Assembly (NCBI RefSeq): GCF_006345805.1
Contig: NW_021828235.1
Coordinates: 1 to 9,173, forward strand
Length of the DNA: 9,173 nt
Source of the DNA: Octopus sinensis
Taxonomy: Eukaryota
Direction: 5' to 3'
The notes under the pieces are model-generated. The model did no database searches. It was not told the origin of the DNA and saw only the letters and a list, made by a program, of their open reading frames with translations. How positions within the stretch are numbered: the first letter of the stretch is position 1; each line of letters opens with the position of its first letter. Positions 7,684 to 9,173 of the stretch are shown here, in pieces. The translations under genes and the position numbers were made by a program.

Positions 7684-7894
7684 TTTTCTACTGGAAGCTC
7701 AATGCCACAAATTTGGGGGAAGGATTAAGTCGATCACATCGACCCCAGTGTTTCACTGGTATTTGATTTATCAATCCTGAGAGGATGAAAGGTTAAGTCG
7801 AGCTCGGTGGAATTTGAACTCAGAACGTAGCGGCAGACGAAATACCACAAGGCATTTCGTCTGGCGTGCTAACGATTCAACCAGCTCACCGCTT
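7681..7894 (-). mobile_element. SINE family A, copy 8 (full length)
   Basis: Reverse complement AAAGCGGTGAGCTGGTTGAATCGTTAGCACGCCAGACGAAATGCC..GTTCTGAGTTCAAATTCC..CCTTTCATCC..ACTGGGGTCGATGTGATCGACTTAA..AGTAGAAAAGATT. Confidence 0.92.
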
Positions 7895-7996
7895 TAATAA
7901 TATTATTATTATTATTATTTATAATGATAATAATAATAAGAAGAATTATGATGATGATAATATTAATAATAATAATAATAATAATAATATAATTAT

Positions 7997-8028
<32 letters not shown>

Positions 8029-8052
8029 TTATTATTATTATTATTATTATTA

Positions 8053-8107
<55 letters not shown>
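7895..8107. repeat. Alternating (AAT)n/(ATT)n blocks, quasi-palindromic AT-rich repeat
   Basis: ATT 7900-7919, AAT-like 7921-7960 and 7965-7992, ATT 8002-8107. Confidence 0.93.
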
Positions 8108-8109
<2 letters not shown>

Positions 8110-8289
8110 GATAAAGCAAAAGACAAAAAATAAACGGTCGTTTGACAACAATAAAGAAAGTGTTCAGATGGTTTTAATGAAGCAATTAAGCAATTTAACT
8201 ATTAAGCAATTAAGCAATTTCACAATTAAATCAATTAAGCTAAATTTGCTATCTTTAAATTGAAAGGAAGCCATAATAAACTCACCTCC

Positions 8290-8446
8290 CACTCACACTC
8301 ACATTCACACACACACACACACACACACTTTCGTTCCTGCATTTTTACAAGCACGTATTCGTACATATTCGTGTGTCGTGTTAACGAACACGTACGATTT
8401 GTATACGTACATATATATACGCAGTCATACTTAAACTTACACAAAT

Positions 8447-8483
<37 letters not shown>

Positions 8484-8560
8484 TACACAGACACACTCGC
8501 ATATTCACATAAACACATACAGTCATACATAGTTGTGTAGTTGTACACACATACATACAT

Positions 8561-8606
<46 letters not shown>

Positions 8607-8912
8607 GTGTATATGTATATGTATACATTTTCACTTTCACAAATATTCACACAACTATACGTACATACACGTTCATTTTATATAAGCTCATGCTCTTAAA
8701 TAGACACACACCACACACACACACACATACACGCGCGCACATACATATACACACATAAACACACACATATCTATACACTTTCACACACATACAGACATAT
8801 ATACAATTTCACACAGAAGCAGACACACTTTTTTTCTATTTCGAGATGATCATTTTTTTCGTGCCAAATAAACACACGCACTATATATTTGTTCTTCACT
8901 CATTTATTATTG

Positions 8913-8946
<34 letters not shown>

Positions 8947-9006
8947 ACACCACACACAACACACAACACACAACACACCACACACACACACACACCACAC
9001 ACACAC
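8290..9006. repeat. Interspersed (CA)n and (TA)n microsatellites
   Basis: (CA)n at ~8306-8328, 8452-8479, 8705-8766 and 8917-9006; (TA)n at 8565-8600. Confidence 0.9.
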
Positions 9007-9173
9007 GGTGAGCTGGCAGAATCGTTAGCACGCCGGGCGAACTACTCAGCAGTATTTCGTCTGCCGTTAGGTTCTGGGTTCAAATTCCGCCGAGGTCGAC
9101 TTTGCCTTTCATCCTTTCGGGGTCGATTAAATAAATACCAGTTACGTACTGGGTTCGATGTAATCGACTTAAT
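9006..9173 (+). mobile_element. SINE family A, copy 9 (3' end cut by window edge)
   Basis: CGGTGAGCTGGCAGAATCGTTAGCACGCCGGGCG (A-box-like TGGCAGAATCG), GGGTTCAAATTCC (B box), GTCGACTTTGCCTTTCATCCTTTCGGGGTCGA; CCAGTTAC and GACTTAAT shared with copy 7. Confidence 0.93.

Noticed and set aside
9006-9092. Possible tRNA gene
   Set aside because: A/B-box-like motifs are present but there is no proper cloverleaf, and the sequence continues into the SINE body.

Overview
Repeat-saturated, AT-rich eukaryotic non-coding DNA (intronic or intergenic). I find no supportable host exon or RNA gene. The repeat families resemble those I recall from octopus (coleoid cephalopod) genomes; this assignment is inference, not a database result. 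The window contains: nine full or partial copies of one tRNA-derived SINE family ('A') with three alternative 3' tails, mostly in head-to-tail arrays; fragments of two other SINE families; a degenerate dispersed repeat; and a probable non-autonomous Helitron-type element with several hairpins. It also holds a decayed, 5'-truncated R4/Dong-like non-LTR retrotransposon (RT C-terminus, CCHC knuckle, restriction-like endonuclease) and a second (AAT)n-tailed element, both sitting inside a (TAA)n microsatellite that appears to be a SINE tail. Many micro/minisatellites are present. All other ORFs in the track are low-complexity or antisense artefacts.
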